Positions 46,772 through 47,812 of a DNA stretch of 47,812 bases are shown here, piece by piece (the stretch's first letter is position 1; every line of letters begins with the position of its first letter). Below the pieces are notes generated by a model. That model had not been told where the DNA came from and did no database searches. It saw only the letters and a program-made list of their open reading frames with translations. Source of the stretch: Fistulifera solaris (lineage: Eukaryota); assembly GCA_030295235.1 (NCBI GenBank), contig AP026127.1:1488001-1535812 (forward strand), given 5' to 3'. The position numbers were made by a program, and so were the translations under genes.

Positions 46772-46802
46772 GGTTAGGGTTAGGGTTAGGGTTAAAGTTA
46801 GG
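46772..46802 (+). repeat. Interstitial telomeric tract
   Basis: GGTTAGGGTTAGGGTTAGGGTTAAAGTTAGG, same polarity as the terminal telomere. Confidence 0.85.
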
Positions 46803-46967
46803 AATTTGGAAATTGGGATCACGGAACTTGGAACATGGAAAAAGGAACTTAGAACTAGGTAAATAGGAAGCTGGAACCAGTAAGCGAGGGGAGTAAGGAA
46901 GATGGAAGTGAAGGAAATGATGAAAATAAGGGAAAATATAAAAGGTGGCCGGAAAATGCAAATCAAA

Positions 46968-47390
46968 CTATCTTTTTTTATTTTGTGGTGCAACAGAGAC
47001 AATTGCAGCTCTCGTGGAGTGCGTTCGGGTCCATTTAAAGCAGACTTTGATCAATGTTGTACCAATATGAGCGGTGTCCTCTTTGTAGATTTGCTGGGTG
47101 TGATGGTAGAGCTTTGTTGTAGTGAGTTGGACCACCCGAAGCATCATTATGGAAGGCGATTCCTTGTAGTGCATCCAAAACAAGCTTAGCGCCAATTGTC
47201 AATGTCGGGGAGCATCGTGACAAACTTTGGGGCATTGCTTTTCAAAGGCCATGGTTCTCCAGCGGGCCTGACCATGAAGTGGTGCTTCGGACGTGGAAAG
47301 TAGAACTTGGCGGTAATGGCGCCGCGGGTTGCCATTACAGCGAAAGATACCAGCAGGGGCTTGCATCAATGCCTCCTGAAATGCCTCACG
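46968..47390 (-). pseudogene. rusA: RusA-family Holliday junction resolvase-like gene, 5'-truncated by the telomere, with small frameshifts
   Basis: Manual translation across three shifts: EAFQEALMQAP...AITAKFYFPRPKHHF...LKSNAPKFVTMLPDIDN|AKLVLDALQGIAFHNDAS|VVQLTTTKLY...GTTLIKV. This matches the RusA pattern PDxDNxxKxxxDAL..i...DDx.vv.l...K.y. Confidence 0.78.
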
Positions 47391-47812
47391 TTAGGGTTAG
47401 GGTTAGGGTTAGGGTTAGGGTTAGGGTTAGGGTTAGGGTTAGGGTTAGGGTTAGGGTTAGGGTTAGGGTTAGGGTTAGGGTTAGGGTTAGGGTTAGGGTT
47501 AGGGTTGGGGTTAGGGGTTGAGGGTTAGGGTTAGGGTTAGGGTTAGGGTTAGGGTTAGGGTTAGGGTTAGGGTTAGGGTTAGGGTTAGGGTTAGGGTTAG
47601 GGTTAGGGTTAGGGTTAGGGTTAGGGGTTGGGGTTAGGGTTAGGGTTAGGGTTAGGGTTAGGGTTAGGGTTAGGGTTAGGGTTGGGGTTAGGGTTAGGGT
47701 TAGGGTTAGGGTTAGGGTTAGGGTTAGGGTTAGGGGTTAGGGGTTAGGGTTGAGGGTTAGGGTTGAGGGTTGAGGGTTAGGGTTAGGAGTTAGGGTTAGG
47801 GTTAGGGTTAGG
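47391..47812 (+). repeat. Telomere (TTAGGG)n
   Basis: About 70 TTAGGG units with occasional variants (TTGGGG, TTGAGGG, TTAGGGG), running to the window end. Confidence 0.98.

Noticed and set aside
47279..47528. ORFs encoding VRVRVR / LGLGLG
   Set aside because: These are translations of the TTAGGG telomere.

Overview
Right-hand end of a eukaryotic chromosome, most likely a diatom or related stramenopile. This is inferred from an ASAFAP plastid-targeting motif, compact genes with short GT-AG introns and a (TTAGGG)n telomere at 47391-47812. Bases 1-38.8 kb are gene dense: CIR1-like, an NB-ARC/TPR NLR-like STAND protein, KsgA/Dim1-family rRNA dimethylase, intron-containing tRNA-Phe(GAA), TFIIS, several low-complexity unknowns, an AlkB-THUMP-methyltransferase fusion preceded by a phased palindrome array, ribonucleotide reductase large subunit, a TPK K+ channel, ASCC3 helicase and a plastid BCP/PrxQ. 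About 11 single-base frameshifts at homopolymers break genes in the first 21 kb and are probably long-read assembly errors. Bases 39-47.4 kb are a subtelomeric mosaic: a hAT-type MITE with 8-bp TSD, a 2.6-kb non-autonomous TA-flanked TIR element, a decayed CpG-depleted HA-repeat/DOT1-like methyltransferase gene, and a RusA resolvase-like gene cut by the telomere. These terminal segments read towards the centromere and are joined by short TTAGGG tracts. All protein calls come from motif recognition by eye; no searches were run.
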